A stretch of 50,638 bases of DNA from Alphaproteobacteria bacterium. GTDB taxonomy: Bacteria; Pseudomonadota; Alphaproteobacteria; Micavibrionales; Micavibrionaceae. Below are positions 18,670 through 29,221 of the stretch, piece after piece. The position numbers and the translations under genes are program-made. The notes beneath the pieces were generated by a model. It was given only the letters and a program-made list of their open reading frames with translations, did not search any database and had not been told where the DNA came from. Location: positions 1 through 50,638 of the forward strand of contig JAGOQV010000001.1 of the NCBI GenBank assembly GCA_018063145.1. Reading direction: 5' to 3'. How positions within the stretch are numbered: position 1 is the stretch's first letter; every line of letters begins with the position of its first letter.

Positions 18670-21600
18670 ATGACAAACTTCAGCCGCCTTCGCCTTCATG
18701 GTTTCAAATCTTTCGTGGACAAGACCGAGCTGGATATTGGCCCGGGCTTGACTGGAATTGTCGGGCCCAATGGCTGCGGAAAGTCCAATCTGGTTGAAGC
18801 CTTGAGCTGGGTCATGGGAGAGAGTTCAGCCAAACGGCTGCGTGGCAATGACATGGACGATGTTATTTTCAACGGAACAACATCTCGCCCTGCGCGTAAT
18901 TCTGCCGAAGTTTCGGTTGTTCTCGACAACGCAACCCGCGAAGCCCCTGCCCTGTTCAATACGGTTGACGAAATCGAAGTTGTCCGGCGCATTGGCCGCG
19001 ATGTTGGTTCCAATTACTACGTCAACAGCAAGCCGGTTCGCGCCCGTGATGTTCAGATGTTGTTTGCTGACATGGCGATTGGCGCCAATTCCTTCGCCAT
19101 TGTCTCACAAGGCCGCATTTCCGCTGTTATCAATGCTAAACCTTCTGAACGTCGGCAAATTCTTGAAGAATCTGCGGGGGTATCAGGGCTGTATGTCCGC
19201 CGTCACGAAGCCGAGCTCCGCCTCAAAGCCGCCGATGCCAACCTTGCACGCTTACAAGATGTAGTTGCGGGCCTTGAAACCCAGCTCGACTCCCTCAAGC
19301 GTCAAAGCCGTCAGGCCAGCCGCTATCGGAACATCAGCAACGATATTCGAGAACTGGAAACGCTCCTTGCCCTTGCTGAATGGATGCTAACTCAAGAAAC
19401 TCAGGAAACATCCAGAAAACAATTTCAAGAGTCCGAAACTCTGGTTGCCGAACGCATGGCCCGTGTTGCAGAACTCAACCGCATTCAAATTGGCCAAGCA
19501 GAAATTATCCCCGCGCTGCGTGACAAACAGGCTGAAACTGCCGCCGCATGGCAGGTTCAAAACTTTGCCCTGCAGCGACTTGATGATGAAGAGCAGCGGA
19601 TCACCAGTCAAATTGGGGAGGCAGAAAAAGCCCTCTCGCAAATTCAATCCGACCGCACCCACGAACAACAAACGACGGACGAAAACGCCAAGACTCTTGA
19701 ACGGCTGGGCAACGAAGAAGCTGAGCTGCAAGAGTTTTCGGATTCTGATGCCGAGCTTGACCGCCTCACCGCCGATAGGGACCTGAAAAGTCAGGACGTT
19801 GCCCGCCGCAACGAAGTCTATCAAGCCACCCTTGAAAAAGCCGCTAATCTACGGGCCAGCCGCTCAACTTTGCTCGGACAATTGGGACAAGACGAAGGTC
19901 GTTTGAATTCGATTCTCGCACGGATTCAAACTCTCAAGAACCAGATTGCCCAGAAACAAGCAGAACAGGGCGAGTTGATTTCAACTGAAACCTTGACGCA
20001 TGAAATCAACTCCCTTGATGAGGAGCTCGCCGCCAAGAAAGATCAGGAACAAGCCGCCCGCAAAACCTTGGAAGATGCCCAGCAGCATCTTGAAGACTGT
20101 CGTAATAAACTTCAAACAGCGCGGGAACACGTTTCAAAAACCAAGGCTGAAATTCATGCCCTTGAAAGCGTGCTCAGTTCAGAATCGCAAAAAGGATTCC
20201 GTCCGGTCCTTGACGACATTAAGGCCGATGAAGGCTTTGAAGCAGCATTAGCCAAGGCCTTGGGCGATACACTTATGGCTTCAACCGAAGCGGAAGCCCC
20301 GATTGTCTGGTCTGGAAAAACAATCTCGCAAGCTGCTCCTTCTTTTCCATCTTCTGTGCTGCCTCTCCTGCCCCATATTCATGCACCCGAGGCTCTTAAA
20401 ACCGCTCTGAGTTTTATTGGGTTTGTTGAATCCGATGAAGACGGAGAAAATGCGGCCACGCAACTCCAGCCCGGGCAATCAATCGTTTCCCGTGAGGGGG
20501 CCTATTGGCGGTGGGATGGTCTGACTATTCGGGCCAAGGCCGTTGATCGTCACGCAATCCGCCTGAAAAACAAGAACCGTCTTGATGACCTTGAGGCCTT
20601 GCTCCCCTCTCAACAACAAGCTTTTGATACAGCACAAAGTGAACAAGAGTCTGCCCAAGTTGAAATTCAACAGGCAAGAGAGACCGTTCAAAAATTTGAA
20701 CAAGATGTACGAACACTCGACCGCAGCCTGAATGCTCGCCGCATTGACCTGCAACGCGCCCTTGAAAAGAAAGGCGCGAACGAGTCAGAACTGGTTAAAC
20801 TTCAAGAAGGCCTTTCTCTGCAAAGTGACGATGCCGTTCGCTTGCAACAAGCTGTTGAAACACACCGCGCCTCTTTGCAATCTTTTGACGAGGCCGCTCT
20901 GGAACGGCAAATGAGCGAAGTTGAAGCCGAGCGTATTGCCTTGTACGATGCCCAATCTTCCTTGCGTGATGCCTCCACCGCTCTGGAAGTGTTTCAACAA
21001 GACAGAACTCGTCGGCAAGCGCGGCTCCGCGCCATTGCCGATGAACGGGTTAGCCTGACCAACCGGACCATTCGCGCCAAGGAACGCCTGCGGCAACTTG
21101 AAGAACGCAACACAGAAACAGCCGCACGTCTTGAATCTTTGCAAGGTCGCCCTGAAGAAATCAACCTGCAACGGATCAACCTTCTTGATACACTAGCCAC
21201 AATGGATAATGCCCGCAAGGATGCCGCTGACAAGCTGGCAATTGCCGAGCAAGAGCTGGACCAAACCAGCAAGTCTTTGCGTGAGTCTGAAGCTGCACTG
21301 ATGGAAGTTAGGGAAACGCGAGCTCACGCACAAGCCATGATGGAAGCTGCGGCTGGCTCAATAGAAGTTATTCGCCAATCCATCCATGACCAGTTTTCAA
21401 TGTCCCCCGAAGAACTGTGGCAGAGTTCTGAAATGACCACAGAAAAACTGACCCATGAACCGATTGATCGTCTGCGCGGCAAGAGAGACCGTCTGGTCCG
21501 TGAGCGCGATGGCATGGGACCAGTCAATTTACGGGCTGAAGTTGAATACCAAGAAGTCGATCAACAACTCACCAAGTTGATTCAAGAAAGCGCGGATTTA

Positions 21601-22143
21601 ACTCAAGCTATCGAAGAGCTTCGCCAAGGGATCCACAAACTGAATAAAGAAGCACGGGAAAGACTCCTGCAAGCGTTTGAAACAGTGAATGGTCACTTCA
21701 AAGTTCTCTTCACCCGTCTTTTCGGTGGAGGGAGTGCTCATTTGGCGTTTGTTGATTCAACTGACCCGCTAGAAGCATCTCTCGAAATTTTTGCCCAGCC
21801 TCCGGGAAAATCTTTGCAGTCATTGTCATTGCTTTCGGGGGGTGAGAAAACTCTGGCCTCCACGGCTTTGATCTTTGCCATGTTCTTGACCAATCCCGCT
21901 CCGATTTGTGTTCTTGATGAAATTGACGCGCCGCTTGACGATGCAAACGTAGATCGTGTTTGTACGATGCTCGAAGAAATTTCTCAGCACAGCAAAACCA
22001 AATTCCTCGTTATCACCCACCACCGCTTGACGATGGCACGCATGAACCGCCTATATGGTGTAACCATGTCCGAGAGGGGAGTCTCTCAACTGGTTTCAGT
22101 TGATCTGCAAGGCAAGCTTGATTTCTTGGAAGCTGCAGAATGA
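18670..22143 (+). CDS. smc: Chromosome segregation protein SMC
   Basis: Walker A GPNGCGKSNLVEA, long coiled-coil arms, signature LSGGEKTLAS, Walker B CVLDEIDAPLDDAN. Confidence 0.95.
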   Translation: MTNFSRLRLHGFKSFVDKTELDIGPGLTGIVGPNGCGKSNLVEALSWVMGESSAKRLRGNDMDDVIFNGTTSRPARNSAEVSVVLDNATREAPALFNTVDEIEVVRRIGRDVGSNYYVNSKPVRARDVQMLFADMAIGANSFAIVSQGRISAVINAKPSERRQILEESAGVSGLYVRRHEAELRLKAADANLARLQDVVAGLETQLDSLKRQSRQASRYRNISNDIRELETLLALAEWMLTQETQETSRKQFQESETLVAERMARVAELNRIQIGQAEIIPALRDKQAETAAAWQVQNFALQRLDDEEQRITSQIGEAEKALSQIQSDRTHEQQTTDENAKTLERLGNEEAELQEFSDSDAELDRLTADRDLKSQDVARRNEVYQATLEKAANLRASRSTLLGQLGQDEGRLNSILARIQTLKNQIAQKQAEQGELISTETLTHEINSLDEELAAKKDQEQAARKTLEDAQQHLEDCRNKLQTAREHVSKTKAEIHALESVLSSESQKGFRPVLDDIKADEGFEAALAKALGDTLMASTEAEAPIVWSGKTISQAAPSFPSSVLPLLPHIHAPEALKTALSFIGFVESDEDGENAATQLQPGQSIVSREGAYWRWDGLTIRAKAVDRHAIRLKNKNRLDDLEALLPSQQQAFDTAQSEQESAQVEIQQARETVQKFEQDVRTLDRSLNARRIDLQRALEKKGANESELVKLQEGLSLQSDDAVRLQQAVETHRASLQSFDEAALERQMSEVEAERIALYDAQSSLRDASTALEVFQQDRTRRQARLRAIADERVSLTNRTIRAKERLRQLEERNTETAARLESLQGRPEEINLQRINLLDTLATMDNARKDAADKLAIAEQELDQTSKSLRESEAALMEVRETRAHAQAMMEAAAGSIEVIRQSIHDQFSMSPEELWQSSEMTTEKLTHEPIDRLRGKRDRLVRERDGMGPVNLRAEVEYQEVDQQLTKLIQESADLTQAIEELRQGIHKLNKEARERLLQAFETVNGHFKVLFTRLFGGGSAHLAFVDSTDPLEASLEIFAQPPGKSLQSLSLLSGGEKTLASTALIFAMFLTNPAPICVLDEIDAPLDDANVDRVCTMLEEISQHSKTKFLVITHHRLTMARMNRLYGVTMSERGVSQLVSVDLQGKLDFLEAAE

Positions 22144-22156
22144 CCGCTTCTGGCTC

Positions 22157-22510
22157 ATGATGAACGAAGATCCCCTTCATGATTTGCGTTCGCGAATCCA
22201 ACTCGCCCAAGATACGCAAAAAAAGAAGTACCCAGCGGATCAGAAGGCAGATCGCGGCAATATGTCTCAGGGCGTTCAAGCTGTTTTTGACGTTGTGGCA
22301 ACCCCCATTGTCTGCGGCGGGATTGGCATTGGCATAGATCATTTTCTGGATAGCTCGCCGTTTTTCTTCATTATCTTGGCTTTTCTGGGTGTTTGCGCAG
22401 GATTCTGGAACCTTTATCGGGCCTCGCAAGAGGATGGCGACCCCATCCACTCAAAACGGTTGCGCGGAACCAAAAAAAGGGTTAAAAGAGCCACAAATTC
22501 AGACAAGTAA
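22157..22510 (+). CDS. atpI: ATP synthase protein I / AtpI-like F0 assembly protein
   Basis: Small protein with two hydrophobic helices (VVATPIVCGGIGIGIDHFL, FFFIILAFLGVCAGFWNLY), immediately upstream of atpB. ATG at 22157 avoids overlap with smc. Confidence 0.7.
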   Translation: MMNEDPLHDLRSRIQLAQDTQKKKYPADQKADRGNMSQGVQAVFDVVATPIVCGGIGIGIDHFLDSSPFFFIILAFLGVCAGFWNLYRASQEDGDPIHSKRLRGTKKRVKRATNSDK

Positions 22511-22536
22511 ACCCTGAGGAAAAAAGAGGTTTTGCC

Positions 22537-23283
22537 GTGGCCGATCCAATGCATCAGTTCCAGATACAGCCGATTGTCCCATTTCATATTGGTGGCGTTG
22601 ATCTGTCTTTTACCAATTCCTCTTTGTGGATGATGATTGCGACTGGCGCGTGTATGCTTTTGCTTGGCCTTGCCTCTTCCCAAAAATCTCTGGTCCCCTC
22701 CCGCCTTCAGCTTATCGGAGAAGACCTGTACGGATTCGTTGAAAACCTGATTACCGACAATATTGGCGGCAAAGGGCGGGAATATTTTCCGCTGGTTTTT
22801 ACCCTCTTTATGTTTGTTATCATGGGCAACATGATGGGGATGATCCCCTATTCCTTTACCTACACATCACACCTAGCGGTGACGGCATCCCTTGCCATGT
22901 TGGTTTTCCTCACGGTTCTGGTCATGGGAATCGCCCGTCATGGTTTTCATTTTTTGAGCTTGTTTGTTCCCCACGGAGTCCCGGGCTGGTTGATCTGGCT
23001 GGTTGTGCTGATTGAAGTTGTCTCTTTTATTTCCCGTCCTATTACTCTTTCTGTCCGTCTTTTTGCCAATATGGTGGCGGGCCACGTTCTGATTAAAGTG
23101 ATCGCCGGATTTGCGATTATGTTTGCCTCGGTTGGTGGCGTGGCGTGGATTGCCACCCTCCTGCCCGCAGCTTTTAACATAGTTATGATTGGCTTTGAAA
23201 TTTTCATTGCCTTCATTCAGGCTTATGTGTTTGCTGTTTTGACCTGTATTTACTTGAAAGACACAGTTGAGATTGAGCACTAG
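22537..23283 (+). CDS. atpB: F0F1 ATP synthase subunit a
   Basis: (GTG)ADPMHQFQI N-terminus. Conserved LSVRLFANMVAGH with the essential Arg. Confidence 0.93.
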   Translation: MADPMHQFQIQPIVPFHIGGVDLSFTNSSLWMMIATGACMLLLGLASSQKSLVPSRLQLIGEDLYGFVENLITDNIGGKGREYFPLVFTLFMFVIMGNMMGMIPYSFTYTSHLAVTASLAMLVFLTVLVMGIARHGFHFLSLFVPHGVPGWLIWLVVLIEVVSFISRPITLSVRLFANMVAGHVLIKVIAGFAIMFASVGGVAWIATLLPAAFNIVMIGFEIFIAFIQAYVFAVLTCIYLKDTVEIEH

Positions 23284-23392
23284 GCCAAAAAGAAATTCGC
23301 CTTGCAATTGGAGGATAAATCCGTAATGTCCCAACCAGTTCAAGCGATACAAGAAAAACTACGTTAACCACTAAAGAAGGATAGAATCCAAA

Positions 23393-23617
23393 ATGGAAAT
23401 CGAAGCTGTAAAATATCTAGCTGGTGCTATCGCCCTGTTGCCTTTGACCGGCATTGGGATTGGGCTTGGGATGATTTTTTCGTCCTATAACCAAGCCGTT
23501 GGCCGTAACCCTGGCGCAGCCGAATTGCTGAACAAAAAATTCATGTTCACATTTGCTGTGACCGAAGCTCTTGGTATTTTCGCGCTCCTGATCGCGTTCT
23601 TCCTCGTCTTCGCCTAA
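23393..23617 (+). CDS. atpE: F0F1 ATP synthase subunit c
   Basis: 74-aa hairpin protein with GIGIGLGMIF...FAVTEALGIFALLIAF (carboxylate Glu). Confidence 0.93.
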   Translation: MEIEAVKYLAGAIALLPLTGIGIGLGMIFSSYNQAVGRNPGAAELLNKKFMFTFAVTEALGIFALLIAFFLVFA

Positions 23618-23633
23618 GCGAACAGGTCAGGCC

Positions 23634-24302
23634 ATGATGAATATCTTGCGCACGGCTGCTTATGTTTTTTCGGCCACTTTGTTCCCTAGCCTTGTCTGGG
23701 CGCAAGAAGCTGTTGTGGCTCCGGTGACGGATTCCATGCCTGCAGCTCCTCTAATGGCTGAAACTGCTCACGCTACCGCACCGGAAGCAGCTCATCATGG
23801 GGGACTGCCTCAATTTGACCCAACCTCGTGGCCGAGCCAAATTTTCTGGCTCGTCCTTTTCTTTGCTATTTTGTATGTCTTCTTCTCGCGCAAGGCTCTT
23901 CCCGCGATTGGTCAGACTGTCCAAAACCGGAAGGATCACATTCAAAAAAATCTGGACGAGGCCGCCAAACTTTCTGCAGAATCAGCACGGATCAAATCAC
24001 TGTACGAACAGTCTTTGAAAGAAGCTTCCAGCCGCGCAGCCCTAGCTGTCAAGGATGCTGGCGACGCTGGGAAAGCAAAAATGGCCGCTGGTCTTGCTGA
24101 TTTTCGTACACGTGCCGAATCTGAAATTGCCGCAGCGGAAAGCCGCATTGAACAATCAAAGGACAATGTACTGTCCGACATAAACCGCATTGCCGCCGAG
24201 ATTGCTTCTGAAGCCGCTGAAAAAATTGCGGGAATCCGAGCGGATACATCCCAAGCTGAAACAGTTGTACGAACCATTCGTGCCAAAGCCAAAGCGGCGT
24301 GA
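23634..24302 (+). CDS. atpF2: F0F1 ATP synthase subunit b'
   Basis: GLPQFDPTSWPSQIFWLVLFFAILYVFF membrane anchor followed by a long charged helix. It is the first of two b-type genes after atpE, as in alphaproteobacteria. Confidence 0.85.
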   Translation: MMNILRTAAYVFSATLFPSLVWAQEAVVAPVTDSMPAAPLMAETAHATAPEAAHHGGLPQFDPTSWPSQIFWLVLFFAILYVFFSRKALPAIGQTVQNRKDHIQKNLDEAAKLSAESARIKSLYEQSLKEASSRAALAVKDAGDAGKAKMAAGLADFRTRAESEIAAAESRIEQSKDNVLSDINRIAAEIASEAAEKIAGIRADTSQAETVVRTIRAKAKAA

Positions 24303-24339
24303 TGCTGCAAACCAAGCGCGTTAAAAAGGAGCCTTCGTG

Positions 24340-24834
24340 ATGAAAGAATTGCTGCTAAACGATCCAACCATCTGGGTTCTGTTTTCTTTTATCGTGTTTG
24401 TTGTTGCCGCCTTTATCTTTGGCCGCCAAACGATTTTGAACGGACTCGATCAAAAAATTTCTCTCATCCGCAATGAAATTGAAGCGGCATCAAATCTTCG
24501 TCATGAGGCCGAAGCCTTACTTGCTGACTATCAAGCCCGCCAAAAAGATGCATCAAAAGAAGCTGAAAAGATTATTTCTCTGGCACAAGCTCAAGCCCTT
24601 GATCTGCAAAAACAAGCCGAGGCTGATTTCACGGAAACCCTTGCTCGCCGTGAAGACCTCCTGAAGGATCGTTTGCTACGCATGGAAGAAACCGCCAAGG
24701 ATGATATTCGCCGCTATGCTGCGGAACTGGCTATTTCTGCCACAACTCAAATTATCGCCGAGAAAATGGACACAGCTACAGCAACGAAATTGACCGATGA
24801 CAGTATTCGGACGGTTTCCGAACACCTCAATTAA
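24340..24834 (+). CDS. atpF: F0F1 ATP synthase subunit b
   Basis: N-terminal TM TIWVLFSFIVFVVAAFIF plus a long amphipathic helix. RBS aaaggag lies 8 nt upstream of the ATG at 24340; GTG at 24337 is an alternative start. Confidence 0.85.
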   Translation: MKELLLNDPTIWVLFSFIVFVVAAFIFGRQTILNGLDQKISLIRNEIEAASNLRHEAEALLADYQARQKDASKEAEKIISLAQAQALDLQKQAEADFTETLARREDLLKDRLLRMEETAKDDIRRYAAELAISATTQIIAEKMDTATATKLTDDSIRTVSEHLN

Positions 24835-24849
24835 GTTTATGCTGTCATC

Positions 24850-25557
24850 ATGGAGCTGAAAAATAAGCCTATGATGACTCCCCCGTCCCTTCTTGATCCC
24901 CATAGATGGTCAGGTCTGCGCATTGGTCTGTTTGGGGGAACCTTTAACCCACCCCACAAAGGCCATATTCATGCTTCTGAAATTGCCCTCAAATATTTGG
25001 GGCTAGATGCTGTCTGGTGGTTAGTCTCCCCTGGAAACCCGCTTAAATCTTCGGTAGACGTTCCCTCACTGGAAGATCGTGTAGCAGCTTGTCGCGCCAT
25101 CTCGCAAAACCCCCGTATTGTGATTTCAGATATTGAATCCGCTCTCAAAACCACTCGCAGTTTTTACACCATCAAAGCCCTCAAACTCCGTTTTCCTCAT
25201 ACCGAATTTGTCTGGTGCGCAGGACTTGATATTGCCAGAGAATTTCACCGTTGGTATCGTTGGCAAGACCTTCCCAAGGAAATTCCCTTTGCTTTTATTG
25301 GTCGCCCCATCAAGGGCGGTGGAATTCGTCAAACAGTTCTTCATCACCACTCTAATTTCCAGAATGTATTTTTGCGCTGCGGCGGGCATCCGAAACTAGG
25401 AAAAGAGCGGATTTACTGGATTTTGGAGGAGCCGCTTAACCCACTATCCTCAACTTTGCTGCGAAAGCAAAGTGACGATTTGCGTTATTTCTCTCATCAA
25501 GGTACAATTAGAACTGTAGCACTGAATGTGCTGAACAAGCTTGAAAGGAGCGTTTAA
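24850..25557 (+). CDS. nadD: Nicotinate-nucleotide adenylyltransferase
   Basis: GLFGGTFNPPHKGHI (HxGH motif), WWLVSPGNPLK. nadD-rsfS-rlmH order is conserved. Confidence 0.88.
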   Translation: MELKNKPMMTPPSLLDPHRWSGLRIGLFGGTFNPPHKGHIHASEIALKYLGLDAVWWLVSPGNPLKSSVDVPSLEDRVAACRAISQNPRIVISDIESALKTTRSFYTIKALKLRFPHTEFVWCAGLDIAREFHRWYRWQDLPKEIPFAFIGRPIKGGGIRQTVLHHHSNFQNVFLRCGGHPKLGKERIYWILEEPLNPLSSTLLRKQSDDLRYFSHQGTIRTVALNVLNKLERSV

Positions 25558-25560
25558 TCT

Positions 25561-25968
25561 TTGGCAACTCGAAAACCTAGGGGAGAAGAAACTCCCTCCC
25601 ATCTGAAAGACCTGATTGTTCAGGCTCTTGACGAAAATAAAGCCGAAAATATCGAATCAATTGACTTGAATGGCCAGACATCTTTGGCCGATTTTATGGT
25701 GGTAGCAACCGGAACATCTTCCCGTCAAGTTGCCGCTCTCGCCGATAAGATCCGTGAAAAGCTCAGCAAAGAAAATAGTTCGTACACTGTACTAAGAACC
25801 GAAGGTCTGCCTCAGGCTGACTGGGTTGTTGTGGATTGCGGCGATGTTATTGTTCACCTCTTCCGCCCCGAAGTCCGCGAGTTTTATGCTATCGAAAAAA
25901 TGTGGCGTTCGGAACTTCCGGCGGCAGCAGCAGCCCCCGCAAAAATGCCCATGACCGCTAAACTGTAG
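25561..25968 (+). CDS. rsfS: Ribosome silencing factor
   Basis: LADFMVVATGTSSRQVAALADKI, WVVVDCGDVIVHLFRPEVREFY. TTG start with aggag upstream. Confidence 0.88.
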   Translation: MATRKPRGEETPSHLKDLIVQALDENKAENIESIDLNGQTSLADFMVVATGTSSRQVAALADKIREKLSKENSSYTVLRTEGLPQADWVVVDCGDVIVHLFRPEVREFYAIEKMWRSELPAAAAAPAKMPMTAKL

Positions 25969-26048
25969 ATGATAACTCGTAATAACTTGGCCTAACTGCA
26001 TCCTATTCGGTTTCGCGGGTTAGCCGAATCGTTTATGAACATAAAGCT

Positions 26049-26513
26049 ATGTTCAAAATAGATGTTGTCGTTGTTGGAAAGCTCAAAAAAGGCCCGTGGT
26101 TTGACCTGTGCGAAGACTATGTCTCTCGCCTGCGCTTATGGCCAACCCAGATTATCGAAGTTGAAAGCAAAATAACTGATCCAGTTAAGCAGCAACTTGA
26201 AGAACAGAAACTAATTCTTGAGAAGATCGATTCAACGTCTCTGCTCGTCGTTCTTGATGAAAGGGGCGATGGTCTCCGCAGTCTCGATTTTGCAGACACC
26301 CTCAAAAAGTTTCGGGACGGAGGAACTGATAAAATTACCTTCCTGATCGGCGGAGCATCTGGATTTACCGAAGAGGTCCGCAACAAAGCCGACATTATGA
26401 TCAGCTTTGGTCAACAGACTTGGCCTCACATTATGGTACGGGTTATGTTGCTTGAGCAAATTTATCGCGCCCAGCAAATTCTTTCTGGCCATCCTTACCA
26501 TCGGGAGGGATGA
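26049..26513 (+). CDS. rlmH: 23S rRNA (pseudouridine1915-N3)-methyltransferase
   Basis: SPOUT-type tail FLIGGASGF...MISFGQQTWPHIMVRVMLLEQIYRA. Confidence 0.9.
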   Translation: MFKIDVVVVGKLKKGPWFDLCEDYVSRLRLWPTQIIEVESKITDPVKQQLEEQKLILEKIDSTSLLVVLDERGDGLRSLDFADTLKKFRDGGTDKITFLIGGASGFTEEVRNKADIMISFGQQTWPHIMVRVMLLEQIYRAQQILSGHPYHREG

Positions 26514-27751
26514 TTTTGACGTCCTTTCGCTCCGTTGTTGTTTGTCTGCTCTTTTCTTTCTTCACGTTTTCTTTCTCGGCACAAGCCGCGGAAAAGGAGA
26601 AAGCTTCTGCGCCCACTGCTGAACGGGAAGAAAAACTCAAGGATCTGACCGAAAAAGTTGAAGCTGAAAAGGCCCGACAACGCGACCTGCAAAACAAAGT
26701 CAAACTACTCGAAAAAGATCTTCATGGTCTCAAGAAAGAGCTAATCTCCGCAACCAGCAATGTTCAAAAGAATCAGAAAAAACTGGGAGAGCTGGAAGCC
26801 AAATTGGCCGAACTACAAAAACAAAAAAGCGATATGCTAGCAAAGCTGACCGCTGACCGCGGATCTTTGGCCTCGCTGATTGTGGCTCTAGAGAGAATCC
26901 GCCGTTTGCCTCCTGACACGTTGATTGCCCGCCCGGGAGCCCCACTTGATACAGCCAATGCCGCAACTATTTTAGGTGCGATTTTGCCGGAGCTGGAAAA
27001 AAGAGCCAAAGACCTGAAAAATCAACTCGCCGCGCTCCAACTGGTTGAAGACGATTTGAACAAGAACCGCGAAGACCTCAGTAAAACGACTGAAAAACTC
27101 CGCGATGACCAAAAAGAAATGGATGCCCTGCTCGACTCTCGCCAGAAAACCTACAGCAAAACACGCCAAGAAGAAAAATCCCAAGCCGCAACTGTTGCAG
27201 CTATTTCAAAGGAAGCCCAAAACTTTCGGGAACTGATCGAAAAAATTGATCGGCAAAACCGCGAAGCTCGGCGGAAAAAAATGAAACTTCCCCCCCGTAA
27301 CAAAAAAGAGGTAACGCCCGATGATGATGTAGACGAACGGGCTTTGGCCGCTAGCTTGCCCGCTCTTGGCTCGGCCCAACCGCCTATTTCCGGAATCATA
27401 AAAACCCGTTATGGAGAAAAGGACGAAATCGGAGCCACCTGCCAAGGGATTAAATTTGAGTCTCGCGGCGGGGCCGTTGTCGTTGCTCCAATGGGGGGCG
27501 TTGTCCGCTATGCCGGTCCGTTCAAGACCTATGGAAGCATTATTCTGCTCGAACATAAGAACAAATATCACAGCCTTATTGCAGGTTTGGGGAAAATTGA
27601 TACATTCGTAGGGCAAAGCGTGGATGCGGGCGAACCGATTGGACGATTGTCTTCTTCAACAAATGGAGAAAAGCCTCGCCTCTACTACGAGCTACGATTT
27701 GAAGGACAACCCATTAACCCTGCCCGCAAACTTGCCGATCTTGGTGGATAA
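26510..27751 (+). CDS. EnvC-like murein hydrolase activator (coiled coil + degenerate M23/LytM domain)
   Basis: Signal peptide, then ~250 aa of coiled coil, then a LytM-like C-terminus. Catalytic positions appear substituted: QGIKFES in place of HxGxD, and LYYELRFEG in place of LHFE. ATGA overlap with rlmH. Confidence 0.8.
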   Translation: MILTSFRSVVVCLLFSFFTFSFSAQAAEKEKASAPTAEREEKLKDLTEKVEAEKARQRDLQNKVKLLEKDLHGLKKELISATSNVQKNQKKLGELEAKLAELQKQKSDMLAKLTADRGSLASLIVALERIRRLPPDTLIARPGAPLDTANAATILGAILPELEKRAKDLKNQLAALQLVEDDLNKNREDLSKTTEKLRDDQKEMDALLDSRQKTYSKTRQEEKSQAATVAAISKEAQNFRELIEKIDRQNREARRKKMKLPPRNKKEVTPDDDVDERALAASLPALGSAQPPISGIIKTRYGEKDEIGATCQGIKFESRGGAVVVAPMGGVVRYAGPFKTYGSIILLEHKNKYHSLIAGLGKIDTFVGQSVDAGEPIGRLSSSTNGEKPRLYYELRFEGQPINPARKLADLGG

Positions 27752-27823
27752 CCTATTATTAAAACAAGACTAACTAAAAACTATCATAACTTTCACGCAA
27801 CCGATTCTGGAGTGCTTTACAAT

Positions 27824-29218
27824 ATGACCCGCTTTCTTTTTTCCCTTTTCCTGACCATGACTATTTTGTCTTCCCCTGTCTTTGCGCAAGAAACCAAAGC
27901 TCCGGAATCTGAAGAGGCTAAAAAAGCCAAAGCGGCAGAAGTGAAACAAACGCCAGAAGACACTTACCGTCAGTTAAATTTGTTTGGTGAAGTCTTTGAA
28001 CGTGTTCGCGCCCAATATGTCGATCCAGTCACAGACCAACAATTGATTGAACACGCTGTCAAAGGGATGCTGACCAATTTGGACCCTCACTCTGACTTCA
28101 TGACCGCCAAGGAATTCGATGAAATGCGGGTACAAACCAAAGGAGAATTTGGAGGACTTGGAATCGAAGTCACAATGGAGGACGGCGTGGTTAAAGTTGT
28201 CTCACCCATTGATGACACGCCTGCGGCCAAAGCTGGAATCAAGCCAGGTGATTTGATTACTCATCTTGATCGCAAACCTGTCCAAGGAATGAGCCTGAGC
28301 GAAGCCGTGGATACCATGCGTGGAAAAGTTGGCACAACTATTGAACTCGCTGTTCGCCGCGAAGGGAAAGATGCCCCTATGTTCATTAAGGTGAAACGCG
28401 ATATTATCCGGATTCAATCGGTCCGCTCTCGTCTTGAAGGGGAAGACATTGGTTATATTCGTATCACAACCTTCAGCGATAACACGGAAGAAGGGCTTAA
28501 AAAGGCCTTTGAAACAATCAAAAAAGATGCCGGCAGCAAACTTTCAGGTTACATCCTTGACCTGCGCAATAACCCGGGCGGATTGTTGGATCAAGCGATT
28601 GCCGTTTCGGATGCGTTCCTCGACCGTGGAGAAATTGTTTCCACCCGTGGCCGGAGCGAAGACGATATTAAACGCGATAATGCAACATCTGGCGATCTAG
28701 CCGAAGGACTGCCGGTTGTTGTCCTGATTAACGGCGGGTCGGCCTCCGCTTCTGAAATTGTCTCGGGCGCACTCCAAGACCATCGCCGCGCCGTTCTCAT
28801 GGGGACCAAGTCATTCGGCAAGGGCTCTGTACAAACGGTTATTCCTCTACCCGGACAAGGTGCTATGCGCCTGACCACAGCTCGGTATTTCACCCCGTCT
28901 GGACGCTCTATTCAAGCCAAAGGGATAGAACCCGACATTCTGGTTGAACCCGCAAAAGTTGAAAAAATTGATGACGAGCGGATTCATGAGTCTGATCTGA
29001 AAGGGGCTATTTCCAATCCGGACGGAGAAGATGCCAAAAAACCTGAACCTGCAAAAATAGAAGAAGAAAAACCTGATCCTAAAGAAAAGGACGATAAATC
29101 TTCCAAAAACGAAACACGCCAAGAAAGAGAAGCCAAGGCTGCCGAGCAAGATTACCAATTGGCACGGGCGCGGGATCTTCTTCATGGCCTCATCTTGATT
29201 AAAAAACAGAAAGAATAG
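27824..29218 (+). CDS. ctpA: Carboxy-terminal processing protease (S41 family)
   Basis: PDZ GGLGIEV...PAAKAGIKPGDLI. LDLRNNPGGLL, GGSASASEIVSGALQD, TKSFGKGSVQT (Ser/Lys dyad context). Confidence 0.92.
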   Translation: MTRFLFSLFLTMTILSSPVFAQETKAPESEEAKKAKAAEVKQTPEDTYRQLNLFGEVFERVRAQYVDPVTDQQLIEHAVKGMLTNLDPHSDFMTAKEFDEMRVQTKGEFGGLGIEVTMEDGVVKVVSPIDDTPAAKAGIKPGDLITHLDRKPVQGMSLSEAVDTMRGKVGTTIELAVRREGKDAPMFIKVKRDIIRIQSVRSRLEGEDIGYIRITTFSDNTEEGLKKAFETIKKDAGSKLSGYILDLRNNPGGLLDQAIAVSDAFLDRGEIVSTRGRSEDDIKRDNATSGDLAEGLPVVVLINGGSASASEIVSGALQDHRRAVLMGTKSFGKGSVQTVIPLPGQGAMRLTTARYFTPSGRSIQAKGIEPDILVEPAKVEKIDDERIHESDLKGAISNPDGEDAKKPEPAKIEEEKPDPKEKDDKSSKNETRQEREAKAAEQDYQLARARDLLHGLILIKKQKE

Positions 29219-29221
29219 CCC

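Noticed and set aside
22100-22143. Apparent 44-nt overlap between smc and the atpI-like ORF.
   Set aside because: This is an artefact of the longest-ORF start. An in-frame ATG at 22157, just after the smc stop, gives a normal non-overlapping gene.
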